A DNA stretch of 64,000 nucleotides from a virus. Within the stretch, counting starts at the first letter, position 1. Each line of letters opens with the position of its first letter. Both the position numbers and the translations under genes were made by a program. This document shows, piece after piece, positions 9,398 through 17,945 of the stretch. The notes beneath the pieces were generated by a model. The model worked only from the letters and a program-made list of their open reading frames with translations. It was not told where the DNA came from and searched no databases. The DNA lies in IMG/VR virus record IMGVR_UViG_3300045974_000513, positions 5,092-69,091 of that record, one strand, 5' to 3'.

Positions 9398-11469
9398 CAG
9401 ATGCTCCCCAGGCGTCGGTTGCCCTGCGCGTTCTGGATGATGCGGACCAACTGCGTCTCGTGCTCGCGCAGGACGCGGTACACCGACGGGCCGTCCATCG
9501 CCGACACGTTGAAGTGGACCGTCACGGGGGCGGCCTGCGACGCCCCGCCTCCACCGTCCGTCATATTGCGGACCTTGTCGGCGAGGTTCGCTGGCAGCAC
9601 CATCTCGCGCTGGTGAAGCTGAACCATCGGGTTCAACCCGGACGGGATGTCAAAGCCCCTCTCCGCGCCCAGCATCGCGGTCAGGCCCGCCAGGATCGAT
9701 GCCGCGACGGGGATGGCGATCATCCAGCCGGTCGGCCCGCCCTCGGCAGCCGACGCCCCTGCGGCGGCTGCGGCCAGCATGATGGCCTGCTTCAGCGCAG
9801 CGGCGAACATCGCCTTCATCGCCTGCCCGGCCGTGATCGTTCCGCGCGCCATGTCGACGAACATCGACGACATCGTCTCGCCGAGGGAGACCGCCGCATC
9901 CTGCATCTTCGCGCCGATCACGTCCCATCCCGAGGCAATGTCGGTCCGCGTCTTCATCCAGTTGGCCCGGAGCTTGTCGATCGCCTTGTTGACCGTCTCC
10001 CAGTCCCCGGTCGCCTTGCCGACGTCGAACAGCTTGTCGTACTGGGCCCCGAACGACGCGTCAGCCTGGGTCAGCTTGTCGGCCTTCTGCGTGCTGCCGC
10101 CCGCCTCCTTGAGGTTTTTACCGTAAGCGTAGGAGCCCTCCTTCGGCTTCTCCTGCTCGTTCAGCTTGTCGGCGTAGTCCTGCGCCAACGCCGATGTGGC
10201 GGCCATCTCGGCGGCGACCCGTTCCCGGATGGCGCGCAGCTTGTCCGCCTCGCCCTGCTGGATGATCGCGACTTGGTTTCGGACAGCCTCCGCCGTCATG
10301 TCCACGGTTCGCTGCGAGAGGGCGATGTACGCCTGCGCCGTCTCGTTGTAGATCCGGTGGGTCTCGTCGGCGTTTGCGGACTCCAAGTCGAGGCGCGACT
10401 TCTGGAGTTCGACCCAGCGCGACTGCGCGTCCTCATCCAGGCCGTTCTGCCGCTCCATCGCGGCGGTCTTCAACTGGATCTGGGCGGCCCCGTACTGGAC
10501 CGCATTGTCTTTTTGCGCCTGGAGGATGGCCGTGGTCTTGGTGTCGTAATCCTGCTCGATCCTGTCGCGTTTCGACGCGAAGGCCCCCAGCGCAGCCGCG
10601 TCGTAGGCCCCCTGTGCATCGCGAGACTGCTTCCGGTTCACCTCGCGGTCCTGCCCGGGGATCAGGCGCTGGATGCCGTACTGCCCACGGGCGAGCGCCT
10701 CCTGCTTGATTCGGATCTCCTCAAGCGCCGCCGTGATCTCCTTGCCCTTGCTGCCGATGTCGAACAGCTTCGTGATCGCCCACCGAGAGGCGTCGTCCGC
10801 CTTCAGAACCTCCAGGCGGGTCTTGATCTTGTCAATGTCGGCCGTGAAGGAGTCGGCCAGCCCGCGCATCGCCGTCTGCCCGGCGGTGAGTGGGGTCTTC
10901 AGGTCCGTGGCGACACGCCCGAAGTCGCGCACCGCGTTGTTCGCGCGGGCCAGGGCTTCGGCGGTCCCGACGATCGCTGCGTCGCGGATCTTCTTCTCGT
11001 TGGCCCACGCCTCCGCCAGCTTGCTGACGGCGAACTTCAGCGCAGCGAACGCTGCCAGCGCGACGCCCATCCCGGCCGCCGCCGTTCCGATCTTGGACAG
11101 CGCCTCGCCGGTCTCCAGGGCGACGTCCGCGATCCCCTGGAGCGTCCGCTTGGCTTCCGCGCCCGCCGGGACCACCTCCAGCAACTCCGAGACAAGGAAC
11201 TTCCCCGTGCGCGCCTGCGCCCGCTCGTTGCGGCGGTAGGCGTTGATGGCCGCCTCGAACGCCTCGAACGCGGACCTGCTCTTGTCGACGTCCTTTGGGT
11301 TGGGGACGGGCGGCGGAGGGGGCGGCTGGTTGAACACCGTCCGCAGCTTCCCCAACTCGGTCCGCAGGCTTGCTGCCTGGGCGATCTGCTGCTCGATGAT
11401 CGCCTTGAACGACCCGTCGTCGGACGCGCCGAATTCTACGCCTACGGTGGGGAGGTCTTCACTCGCCAT
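9397..11469 (-). CDS. Tail tape measure protein (690 aa)
   Basis: Long Ala-rich helical protein with hydrophobic segments, C-terminal GFDIPSGLNPMVQLHQREMVLPA, directly after the tail chaperones. Confidence 0.85.
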   Translation of the reverse strand: MASEDLPTVGVEFGASDDGSFKAIIEQQIAQAASLRTELGKLRTVFNQPPPPPPVPNPKDVDKSRSAFEAFEAAINAYRRNERAQARTGKFLVSELLEVVPAGAEAKRTLQGIADVALETGEALSKIGTAAAGMGVALAAFAALKFAVSKLAEAWANEKKIRDAAIVGTAEALARANNAVRDFGRVATDLKTPLTAGQTAMRGLADSFTADIDKIKTRLEVLKADDASRWAITKLFDIGSKGKEITAALEEIRIKQEALARGQYGIQRLIPGQDREVNRKQSRDAQGAYDAAALGAFASKRDRIEQDYDTKTTAILQAQKDNAVQYGAAQIQLKTAAMERQNGLDEDAQSRWVELQKSRLDLESANADETHRIYNETAQAYIALSQRTVDMTAEAVRNQVAIIQQGEADKLRAIRERVAAEMAATSALAQDYADKLNEQEKPKEGSYAYGKNLKEAGGSTQKADKLTQADASFGAQYDKLFDVGKATGDWETVNKAIDKLRANWMKTRTDIASGWDVIGAKMQDAAVSLGETMSSMFVDMARGTITAGQAMKAMFAAALKQAIMLAAAAAGASAAEGGPTGWMIAIPVAASILAGLTAMLGAERGFDIPSGLNPMVQLHQREMVLPANLADKVRNMTDGGGGASQAAPVTVHFNVSAMDGPSVYRVLREHETQLVRIIQNAQGNRRLGSI

Positions 11470-11875
11470 CGCGGATCACCATGCCCGGAGGAGACACCGG
11501 GAAGGGGTGGGTGGGCGGCCCGTGGAGCGCGGGAACCGGGAATCCTTCGACGGCCACCCCGGGCAGGGGGGCCGCCACCAGGGGCTGCACGCCCTCCCCG
11601 TACTTCACCGCGCCCCCGAGGGCGGCGATGAACTGCTCGACGGTTTGCACGCCTGCGGACCGATGGACGCCGGGCGCGGCCGGGCGCTGCGACTTGGAGT
11701 CGACCCCCATGTACGCCGCGACCAACCGCTGCACCGGCGGGTGGTCTGCCCAGTAGTCCACCAGCCGGTACACCTCTGGCAGGCGCATGCGCCCCACCTC
11801 CGCTACGGACATCCCCAACTCGGTGCAGATCAGCCCAACGATGCCAGCGGCGTCGAAGGGCTCTCGGCTTCCCCC
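11459..11875 (-). CDS. Tail assembly chaperone gpT part, reached by -1 frameshift
   Basis: Open -1 frame without its own strong start (GGSREPFD...LVDYWADHPPVQRLVAAYMG), entered at the slippery site. Confidence 0.7.
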   Translation of the reverse strand, partial: GGSREPFDAAGIVGLICTELGMSVAEVGRMRLPEVYRLVDYWADHPPVQRLVAAYMGVDSKSQRPAAPGVHRSAGVQTVEQFIAALGGAVKYGEGVQPLVAAPLPGVAVEGFPVPALHGPPTHPFPVSPPGMVIRDGE

Positions 11876-12180
11876 GTGGACACGTCGACCGCCCCGGTGG
11901 CCTTCCACCCGTTGACCAGCGCGATGGCGTCGGTGATCTCGTTGTAGATCGGCATCGTCAGCAGCCGCCCCACGTCCTCCACCTTGAGGTCTGGGAGGCT
12001 CTCGCAGATCGCCTCGAACGCCAACACCCGCATCGCGGAGTGCCGGACCTTGTCGTCGGCGCTGATCACGTTGTCCAGCGCCTTCGCATCGTTGATCCGT
12101 TCCATCGCGTCGATGCTGTACGGCATGACGGTGGCCTCTCGGCCATCCCGCATGACGATCTTCACGGTCTTGAGGTTCAT
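11830..12180 (-). CDS. Tail assembly chaperone gpG-like
   Basis: 116 aa between tail tube and tape measure; ends shortly after a G GGG GAA slippery sequence. Confidence 0.75.
   Translation of the reverse strand: MNLKTVKIVMRDGREATVMPYSIDAMERINDAKALDNVISADDKVRHSAMRVLAFEAICESLPDLKVEDVGRLLTMPIYNEITDAIALVNGWKATGAVDVSTGEAESPSTPLASLG
11869..11875 (-). promoter_or_regulatory. Programmed -1 ribosomal frameshift site GGGGGAA
   Basis: Plus strand ttccccc. Frame 0 reads ACG GGG GAA; frame -1 reads GGG GGA AGC and stays open to 11459. Canonical G/GT position. Confidence 0.75.
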
Positions 12181-12184
12181 GGGA

Positions 12185-12604
12185 TCACGCGACGGCGACG
12201 GTGAGGACGTTGAAGGGGGAGGCGGCGGCGGCGGCGGCCTCGAAAGAGATGTCCGTCAGCGCCCACTTGTCGTTGCCGCCACCGATCTTCCACGAGGAGA
12301 GGATGACGTTCGGCAGCGTCAGGGTCAGGGTCTGCGTCCCGGCGGGAACCTCCCAGACCAACTGCAACGCGCTCGCCAGCGGCCCCATCAACTCGTTGTT
12401 GACGGTCGCGATGATCGAGGGCTCGATGTTGCCGAATCGGGCGCTGCCCTTGATGTTCCCCGGACCCTTGGCTATCGCCACAGGGAACTGCATCGCGCCC
12501 ATCAAAGGCACGACGTTGAACGACACGTCGAGTGAAACCTCCTGAAGCACCCCGACCTCGACCGAGTTGTACGTCAGGGATCCAGCGCCGAATGCGTATG
12601 CCAT
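12185..12604 (-). CDS. Tail tube (major tail) protein
   Basis: MAYAFGAGSL...VGVLQEVSLDVSF...QFPVAIAKG; beta-rich; GGAGG RBS; position before the chaperones. Confidence 0.75.
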   Translation of the reverse strand: MAYAFGAGSLTYNSVEVGVLQEVSLDVSFNVVPLMGAMQFPVAIAKGPGNIKGSARFGNIEPSIIATVNNELMGPLASALQLVWEVPAGTQTLTLTLPNVILSSWKIGGGNDKWALTDISFEAAAAAASPFNVLTVAVA

Positions 12605-12613
12605 GACCGCCTC

Positions 12614-13090
12614 CTACGTGGACGGCATGATGGCCGTCGTGAGTACTTCGATTGGAACCATCGCGACAGCCTGCTCGCCCAGCGCACCCTCGTCCGTCAC
12701 CACCGTCCCAGAGATCCGCGCGTGCGAGCAGTAGCCGCCCAGCGTGGTGTTCCAGGCCGCCTTGTCCCTGGCCTTCTCCTCGTCGGTCGCCAGCAGCGCG
12801 TCCTCGATCGCGTCCAGCAGCGGCATGAGGGCGTCATGCCCGGTCGCCCGCGAGTCGCCGCCGGGGATGCGCGCGTAGACGTAGAGCTTGAAGCGCAGCG
12901 TCCAGATGGGCGGGAACCCGCGCCCCTGGTACTGCTGCGACTGGTCGGTGGCGACCACGAACACCGCAGGCTGCTCCGCGTCGGGGACGTCGTCGTAGGC
13001 GCGCAGGCGCTGCTCGCACGTCCGCACGAGGGCGACGTCCTTGAGGCGCGCGGTCAGCGCGTCGTAGATCTCGGTCCGCCTAGCGGCCAC
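12614..13090 (-). CDS. Tail terminator/completion protein
   Basis: RTEIYDAL...QPAVFV...LLDAIEDAL...TTLGG...EGALGEQAVA; synteny. Confidence 0.65.
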   Translation of the reverse strand: MAARRTEIYDALTARLKDVALVRTCEQRLRAYDDVPDAEQPAVFVVATDQSQQYQGRGFPPIWTLRFKLYVYARIPGGDSRATGHDALMPLLDAIEDALLATDEEKARDKAAWNTTLGGYCSHARISGTVVTDEGALGEQAVAMVPIEVLTTAIMPST

Positions 13091-13628
13091 GGCGCGCCTC
13101 TCCGATGGCCATGGTCATGCAGCCCTTCAACTCCTCGCGGATCATGGGCCGCACCATGTCCAGCGCGGGGCGCAGGAACGGCCGGGGGCGCTGATTCACA
13201 TTCCGGTCGAAGGCCCGCACGTAGGCGATGCCCGACGCGATCTTCCGGCGCTTCATCGCGCCCCCGACGTCGATCTTGCCCATCACGTTCTTGATGTGCC
13301 GGACGAACGGGTGGACGTGCTGCGTGCCGCTGAAGCCCAACTCCCAGAACCGGCCGTAGAGGACGTTGGTCCCGACGACGGCGGTGATGGCGTTCTTCTC
13401 CTTGTAGATCCGGTAGTTGATGCTGCGCCGCAGCGTGCCGGTCTTGACGTGCAGCCCGCCCGGCCCAGGCGCGGCGAGGTTCAGGTACTTGTCCATCGAG
13501 GCCGCCTGGACCGTGATGGCGAGGTTCTCGATCGTCCGCGCAAGCTCCCGGTGTAGCCCCGGGATGATGCCCTTCAGCATCGTCTCGACGCGTTCGACGC
13601 CGACGAGTGCGACGGTCGGGTGGATCAC
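13080..13628 (-). CDS. Neck/tail-completion protein (HK97 gp10-like)
   Basis: KTGTLRRSI...VGTNVLYGRFWELG...RPFLRPAL motifs. Start reassigned to GTG 13628. Confidence 0.75.
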   Translation of the reverse strand: MIHPTVALVGVERVETMLKGIIPGLHRELARTIENLAITVQAASMDKYLNLAAPGPGGLHVKTGTLRRSINYRIYKEKNAITAVVGTNVLYGRFWELGFSGTQHVHPFVRHIKNVMGKIDVGGAMKRRKIASGIAYVRAFDRNVNQRPRPFLRPALDMVRPMIREELKGCMTMAIGEARRGR

Positions 13629-14233
13629 GTCAGGCCCCCGACCTTCGGCACGACGCGCTTCCAATGGTCGAGCACATCCCGCCCGTACTTCGACGCCCAC
13701 TCTGCGTCGAAGGCGACGTTCTCGCCGGGCAGGTTCTTGCTGCTCTGGGCGATGCGCGACCGGCGCTTGTACTCGTAGGACGCCACGTCGATGCAGGCCT
13801 GGGAGAGGTCGAACGGCACCTCGGGCCAACCGGCGGTGTAGGTGCAGATGGCGCGCTCGCCGCGCGCGAGGCGGTAGCCGTGGAGGTGAAGCAGGTTCGG
13901 CAACTCCAGCCACCACCCGTCCCCGCGACCGCCCACGCGCTCGGGGATGGAACGGCCATCCTCGTAGGCCAGCGAGACGACGGACTGCACCGGCCACTCG
14001 ACCAGCCAGAACGCGTCGCCCCTCCCTGCCCCGGTGATGGTGTCGGTGTAGGACTTGATCGGCCACACGTCGTGGTCGATGTACCTGCGGATCCACGACG
14101 AGGCGACGTCGAGCAGGCGCACGAGCAGCGCGTCGTCGTCGTTGACGGTCAGCTTCATGTAGCCCTTGAGGTCTTCCAGCGACGCGAGGGCGTCGCTGAC
14201 TCGGGCGCTCGCGGTGACGCTGGCCTCGGCCAT
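13625..14233 (-). CDS. Head-tail connector (adaptor) protein
   Basis: LASLEDLKGYM...DDALL..LL..AS..I.RY...YTAGW.EVP.DL.QAC, typical of gp6-like adaptors. Confidence 0.8.
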   Translation of the reverse strand: MAEASVTASARVSDALASLEDLKGYMKLTVNDDDALLVRLLDVASSWIRRYIDHDVWPIKSYTDTITGAGRGDAFWLVEWPVQSVVSLAYEDGRSIPERVGGRGDGWWLELPNLLHLHGYRLARGERAICTYTAGWPEVPFDLSQACIDVASYEYKRRSRIAQSSKNLPGENVAFDAEWASKYGRDVLDHWKRVVPKVGGLT

Positions 14234-14239
14234 GCCGTC

Positions 14240-14569
14240 CTACCTGTGACGCTTGCCGCGTGCGGGCGCTTCCTGCTGGTGGTCGGCGGGGGCCACCGGG
14301 GCCTCCGCTGCGGGTTCCTCCTGGGGCGCTGGGGCCACCTCGGCCGACGCCTCGACGACGGCCGCGACGGGCTCGGGCGGGGCCGGGATGGCCGTCGCCT
14401 CGATCGCGCCCTGCATGATGAGGACGGGCGGCGCGAGGGCGAAGCCGAACCGCGCCATCTCGGCGGCCACGTGGTCCGGCACGTCGAACCCGTCGGACTG
14501 CGCCACCGCCACTCGGGCGATGCGCGGCGGAAGAACAGCACCTTCACACACAGGGTAGATCCGCGTCAT
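14240..14569 (-). CDS. Small capsid-adjacent hypothetical protein (109 aa, Ala/Pro/Glu-rich tail)
   Basis: ATG 14569 with AGGAGG at 14575-14580; MTRIYPVCEG...FDVPDHVAAEMARFGF. Confidence 0.65.
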   Translation of the reverse strand: MTRIYPVCEGAVLPPRIARVAVAQSDGFDVPDHVAAEMARFGFALAPPVLIMQGAIEATAIPAPPEPVAAVVEASAEVAPAPQEEPAAEAPVAPADHQQEAPARGKRHR

Positions 14570-14587
14570 CGCATCCTCCTGAGAGAA

Positions 14588-14616
14588 GGGGGCGGCGGCA
14601 ACGACCCGCCGCCCCC
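14588..14616 (-). terminator. GC-rich hairpin after the capsid gene (partial terminator or mRNA stabiliser)
   Basis: Perfect 11-bp stem GGGGGCGGCGG / CCGCCGCCCCC with a 7-nt loop; only a weak TTCTCTC tail on the minus strand. Confidence 0.6.
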
Positions 14617-14637
14617 GAGAGACTGCCGCGCCGTCGA

Positions 14638-16092
14638 CTATCCGGCGGTGATGTTGTTCAGGATGCCCAGCGAGACCGGGAAGTAGTGCTGGAACACCTC
14701 GTCCACGTAGCACCCGTACTCGTACTTCCGGGTGCGGAGCGGCCACTCGATCTGGTAGTACTCGCGGCGCGCCTTGATGCGGAAGACGTCGCCCACGTTG
14801 TTGAGGGCGTACGGCAGGTTCTTCACCGTGAACATCATCAGCCCGGCGGGCATGTTCGGGTGGATGTTGATCGGGATGATCGAGGAGTCCACCGGGGACT
14901 GGTACTCGGTCACCTTCCCGCCGCCGACGAGGCTGCCCTGCGCCGTCCCGGCGGTGAGGTTGAAGCGGAAGGGCGAGGTGGCCGACCCGACGCACTTCGC
15001 GGTGATGTCGTTGACCTGCTCCCGGTTCGCCCAGATGGCGTCCGGCTGGAGCTTCAGGTTGTCCCAGTACGCCCCGAGGACGTCGTTGATCTCGGTGACG
15101 CCGCCCTTGCCGTCGGCGGTGAGGGTGGACCCCAGCGAACGGTAGTACGCCGAGGAGGAGTTGAACGCGGAGTACAGGAAGCCGTCGAAGGCGTACCCGT
15201 TCTGCCGCGAGTAGTCGGCCGAGGCCAGCGCCGAGGCCAGCTGGCTGGTGGTGTTGAGGGTGGCCGACTGCACGTGGGTCCGCTTCGTGGTGATCGCCTG
15301 GAGGTGCTCGGCACCGGCCGCGCCGATGAACCACGCGTAGGCGACCGCGCCCTTCACGTCGGCGACGGCGCACGAGATCGTGAGGTTCGTGGTGGCGGTG
15401 GTGAGGTCGGCCGAGGCGGCGGACTTCTGGGCAGCGCCACCGTTGATGGTGTCGGTCGAGGAGTCGGCGTTGGTGCGGGAGATCTGCTGCACGACGCCGT
15501 TCGCCACCGACGACCGGCGGTAGCCGTCGTAGGTGAGGGCGACGCAGATCACCTTGTAGGTGGCTGCGGTGACGGAGCCGCCCGCGACGATGGAGCCGGT
15601 CGGGGTCGGGGTGGTGCCCAGCGCCACGCTGCTGTTGCCGCCGAGGAGGGTGTCCTCCTCCTTGATCATCAGCGAGTTGAGCAGGTTCTGCACGGCGCGG
15701 GCCTTGACGTCGTCGAACGACTCGGCCGCGTAGTCGGACTCGAACGTGGCCGTGTTCTCCAGGCCCAGCCCGATGTACGACGCGGTCAGGTCGGCGACGG
15801 AGTCGCTGATCACCGCGCCCCGGTTCCCCTCGGAGACGCCCGCGTGGATGTTGCTGGTGTTGATGCCGGTGATCGCCTTCCAGCGCGTCGCCGTGTCGCC
15901 CGCGTTCGACTTCACGCGGGGGGTCATGTTGCGGAGGGGCGTGAGCACCGGCACCATCAGCTTGGCCGGGGCTTCGAGGTCGTATGCGACGAGCCCGGTG
16001 CCCTGCGTGAACGACTTCGTGATCGCGTCGACTGCCTGCGGATTCGACTGCGCCGCCTTGACGAGATCCATGGTCTCATTGACGTTTGCCAT
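14638..16092 (-). CDS. Major capsid protein (484 aa)
   Basis: GLVAYDLEAPAKL.PV.TPLRN..PRV; C-terminal YYQIEWPLRTRKYEYG..VDEV...YFP..LG...NI; follows protease/scaffold; strongly biased codons. Confidence 0.88.
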   Translation of the reverse strand: MANVNETMDLVKAAQSNPQAVDAITKSFTQGTGLVAYDLEAPAKLMVPVLTPLRNMTPRVKSNAGDTATRWKAITGINTSNIHAGVSEGNRGAVISDSVADLTASYIGLGLENTATFESDYAAESFDDVKARAVQNLLNSLMIKEEDTLLGGNSSVALGTTPTPTGSIVAGGSVTAATYKVICVALTYDGYRRSSVANGVVQQISRTNADSSTDTINGGAAQKSAASADLTTATTNLTISCAVADVKGAVAYAWFIGAAGAEHLQAITTKRTHVQSATLNTTSQLASALASADYSRQNGYAFDGFLYSAFNSSSAYYRSLGSTLTADGKGGVTEINDVLGAYWDNLKLQPDAIWANREQVNDITAKCVGSATSPFRFNLTAGTAQGSLVGGGKVTEYQSPVDSSIIPINIHPNMPAGLMMFTVKNLPYALNNVGDVFRIKARREYYQIEWPLRTRKYEYGCYVDEVFQHYFPVSLGILNNITAG

Positions 16093-16151
16093 CTTGTTTC
16101 CCTCTCTCCTACTGCGTGGATCTCGCCGTTAGCGGCGAGAGGACTTCGACA

Positions 16152-17945
16152 TCACCTGTTGACGTTCTGGAGCAGCTTCGGGTTCTGGTGAGCCTTGCGG
16201 ATCGCGTCCATCGGGCTCGCCGGGGCTTCGGGCTTCGCGGCTTCCTCGCCGGTCTGTGCGGATGCCGTGTCGAGACCCTTCTCGACCGGCAGGGCCGCAC
16301 GCAGCGCGCCCTTCGGCCTGCGCGCCAGTTCGCTGTTCGCTGCGTCGCGCTCGCTCTCCGCCGCCAGCTTCGCCTTGCGCGCGTTGGCAGCGGCGTCGGC
16401 GGCGACACTCGCCGCCTTGCGAAGGTCGTCTGCCTCCTTCACCTTCTTCGCGATCTCGGTCTTGGCGACGAGGCGCTCGCGGTCCAGCGCCTTCTTGATG
16501 CTGTCGATCTCCTCGGCCTTCCGCTGGGCGTCGGCGGCGGCGACCTCGCGGGCGCGGGTGGCCTCGGCCTTGGCGACGAGGCGGTCGCGCTCGGCGACCT
16601 TCTTGAGCCCGTCGATCTCCTCGCCCTTCCTCTGGGCCTCGGAGAGGGCGGCGTCGCGGGCGCGCGCGGCCTCGTCCCGCTCCACGCGGGCCCGGTCGGC
16701 GGCCTTCTTGATGGTCGAGATCTCCTCCAGCTTCCGCGCGTTCTCGGCGGTCGCCTCGTCGCGGGCCTTGGCGACGTCGTCGCGCTCGACCCGGGCGCGG
16801 TCCAGCGCCTTCCGAAGCGTGGCCGTCTCGGCGTTCACCTTCGCCAGGGTGACGCGCTCGGCGTCGAGCGACGCGGCGGTCGACGAGGCGAGGGCCTCGG
16901 CGGCGTCGACGGCCTTCGACAGCCGGGCGGCGCGCTGGTTGGCGGCGTCGATCTCGGAGGCCATCTTGGTGATGGTGATCTCGGCCCGCTCCGCGTTGGC
17001 CTGCACCTTCGCCAGCCGGTCGCCGGTCGCGTTCAGTTCGGCCTGCGCCTTGGTCGCGCGCTGGGCGAGGACGTCCCGCTCGGTCACCGCCTTCTCGAAC
17101 CGATCCTCGACGGCGTCCCGCTCGACCCGCATCTTCGCGGCGTCGGCGACGGCGTTGTCCCGCTCGACCGACACCTTCGACAGGCGGCTGTCGGTGATCG
17201 CCTTCTCGGCGGCCACCTTCTCGAAAGACGTCTCGGCGAAGTCGCGGGCGGCGCGGACCTTCCCCAACTCCTCGTCGGCCCGGTCGCGTTCCTGCTGCAC
17301 CTTCGCCAGCCGCTCGGACATCGAGTCCCGGTCGCCGGTCAGCTTCGCCACCGCGTGCTCGGCGTCGTCGTTGTCGCTGCGGATCCGCAGGGCGTCGGCC
17401 GAGACCGCGTCCCGCTCGGCCTGCACCTTCGCCAGCCGCTCCCGCATCCCGTCCCGCTCGGCGGAGACCTTCTCCAGCGTCTCGGAGACCTCCGCGTGGG
17501 CCCGGCGCATCTTGGTGACCTCGCCGGTCACCTCGTCGGCGCGCGACGCCACCTTCGCCAGCTTCGTCGAGGTGGTGGTGGCCTGCGCCCGGAGGTCGGC
17601 CAGCGCCTCCTCGGCGGCCCGCGCCCGCGCGGCCTCGGCGTCCCTCTCCTTGCGGAGGGCGGCCAGTTCGACGTTGGCGGCCTTCGCGAGCTTCGCGGCG
17701 CGCGCCTGGAACCTGTTCCCCTCGGCGGAGGTGCCGTCGTCGGTGGCGTCGTCGTCGCGGGTGCCCGTGGACGGGTCGGCTGCGACCTCGCCCGAGGAAC
17801 CGGCACCGCTGCCGCTTCCTGCCTCGGCCTCGCCGCCCTCGGCCGCGCACTCCGGGCACGCGCCGTCGACCAGCGTCGCCCCGCAGTCGTCGCACACCGC
17901 TGCGTCCGCCGCCTCACCCTGTGCCATCGCCTTCGGGTCTGCCAT
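16152..17945 (-). CDS. Nested in-frame scaffold protein (597 aa)
   Basis: AGGAGG-AAGCA-ATG at 17956-17943, in frame with the protease ORF, just before the Zn ribbon and coiled coil. Confidence 0.6.
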   Translation of the reverse strand: MADPKAMAQGEAADAAVCDDCGATLVDGACPECAAEGGEAEAGSGSGAGSSGEVAADPSTGTRDDDATDDGTSAEGNRFQARAAKLAKAANVELAALRKERDAEAARARAAEEALADLRAQATTTSTKLAKVASRADEVTGEVTKMRRAHAEVSETLEKVSAERDGMRERLAKVQAERDAVSADALRIRSDNDDAEHAVAKLTGDRDSMSERLAKVQQERDRADEELGKVRAARDFAETSFEKVAAEKAITDSRLSKVSVERDNAVADAAKMRVERDAVEDRFEKAVTERDVLAQRATKAQAELNATGDRLAKVQANAERAEITITKMASEIDAANQRAARLSKAVDAAEALASSTAASLDAERVTLAKVNAETATLRKALDRARVERDDVAKARDEATAENARKLEEISTIKKAADRARVERDEAARARDAALSEAQRKGEEIDGLKKVAERDRLVAKAEATRAREVAAADAQRKAEEIDSIKKALDRERLVAKTEIAKKVKEADDLRKAASVAADAAANARKAKLAAESERDAANSELARRPKGALRAALPVEKGLDTASAQTGEEAAKPEAPASPMDAIRKAHQNPKLLQNVNR

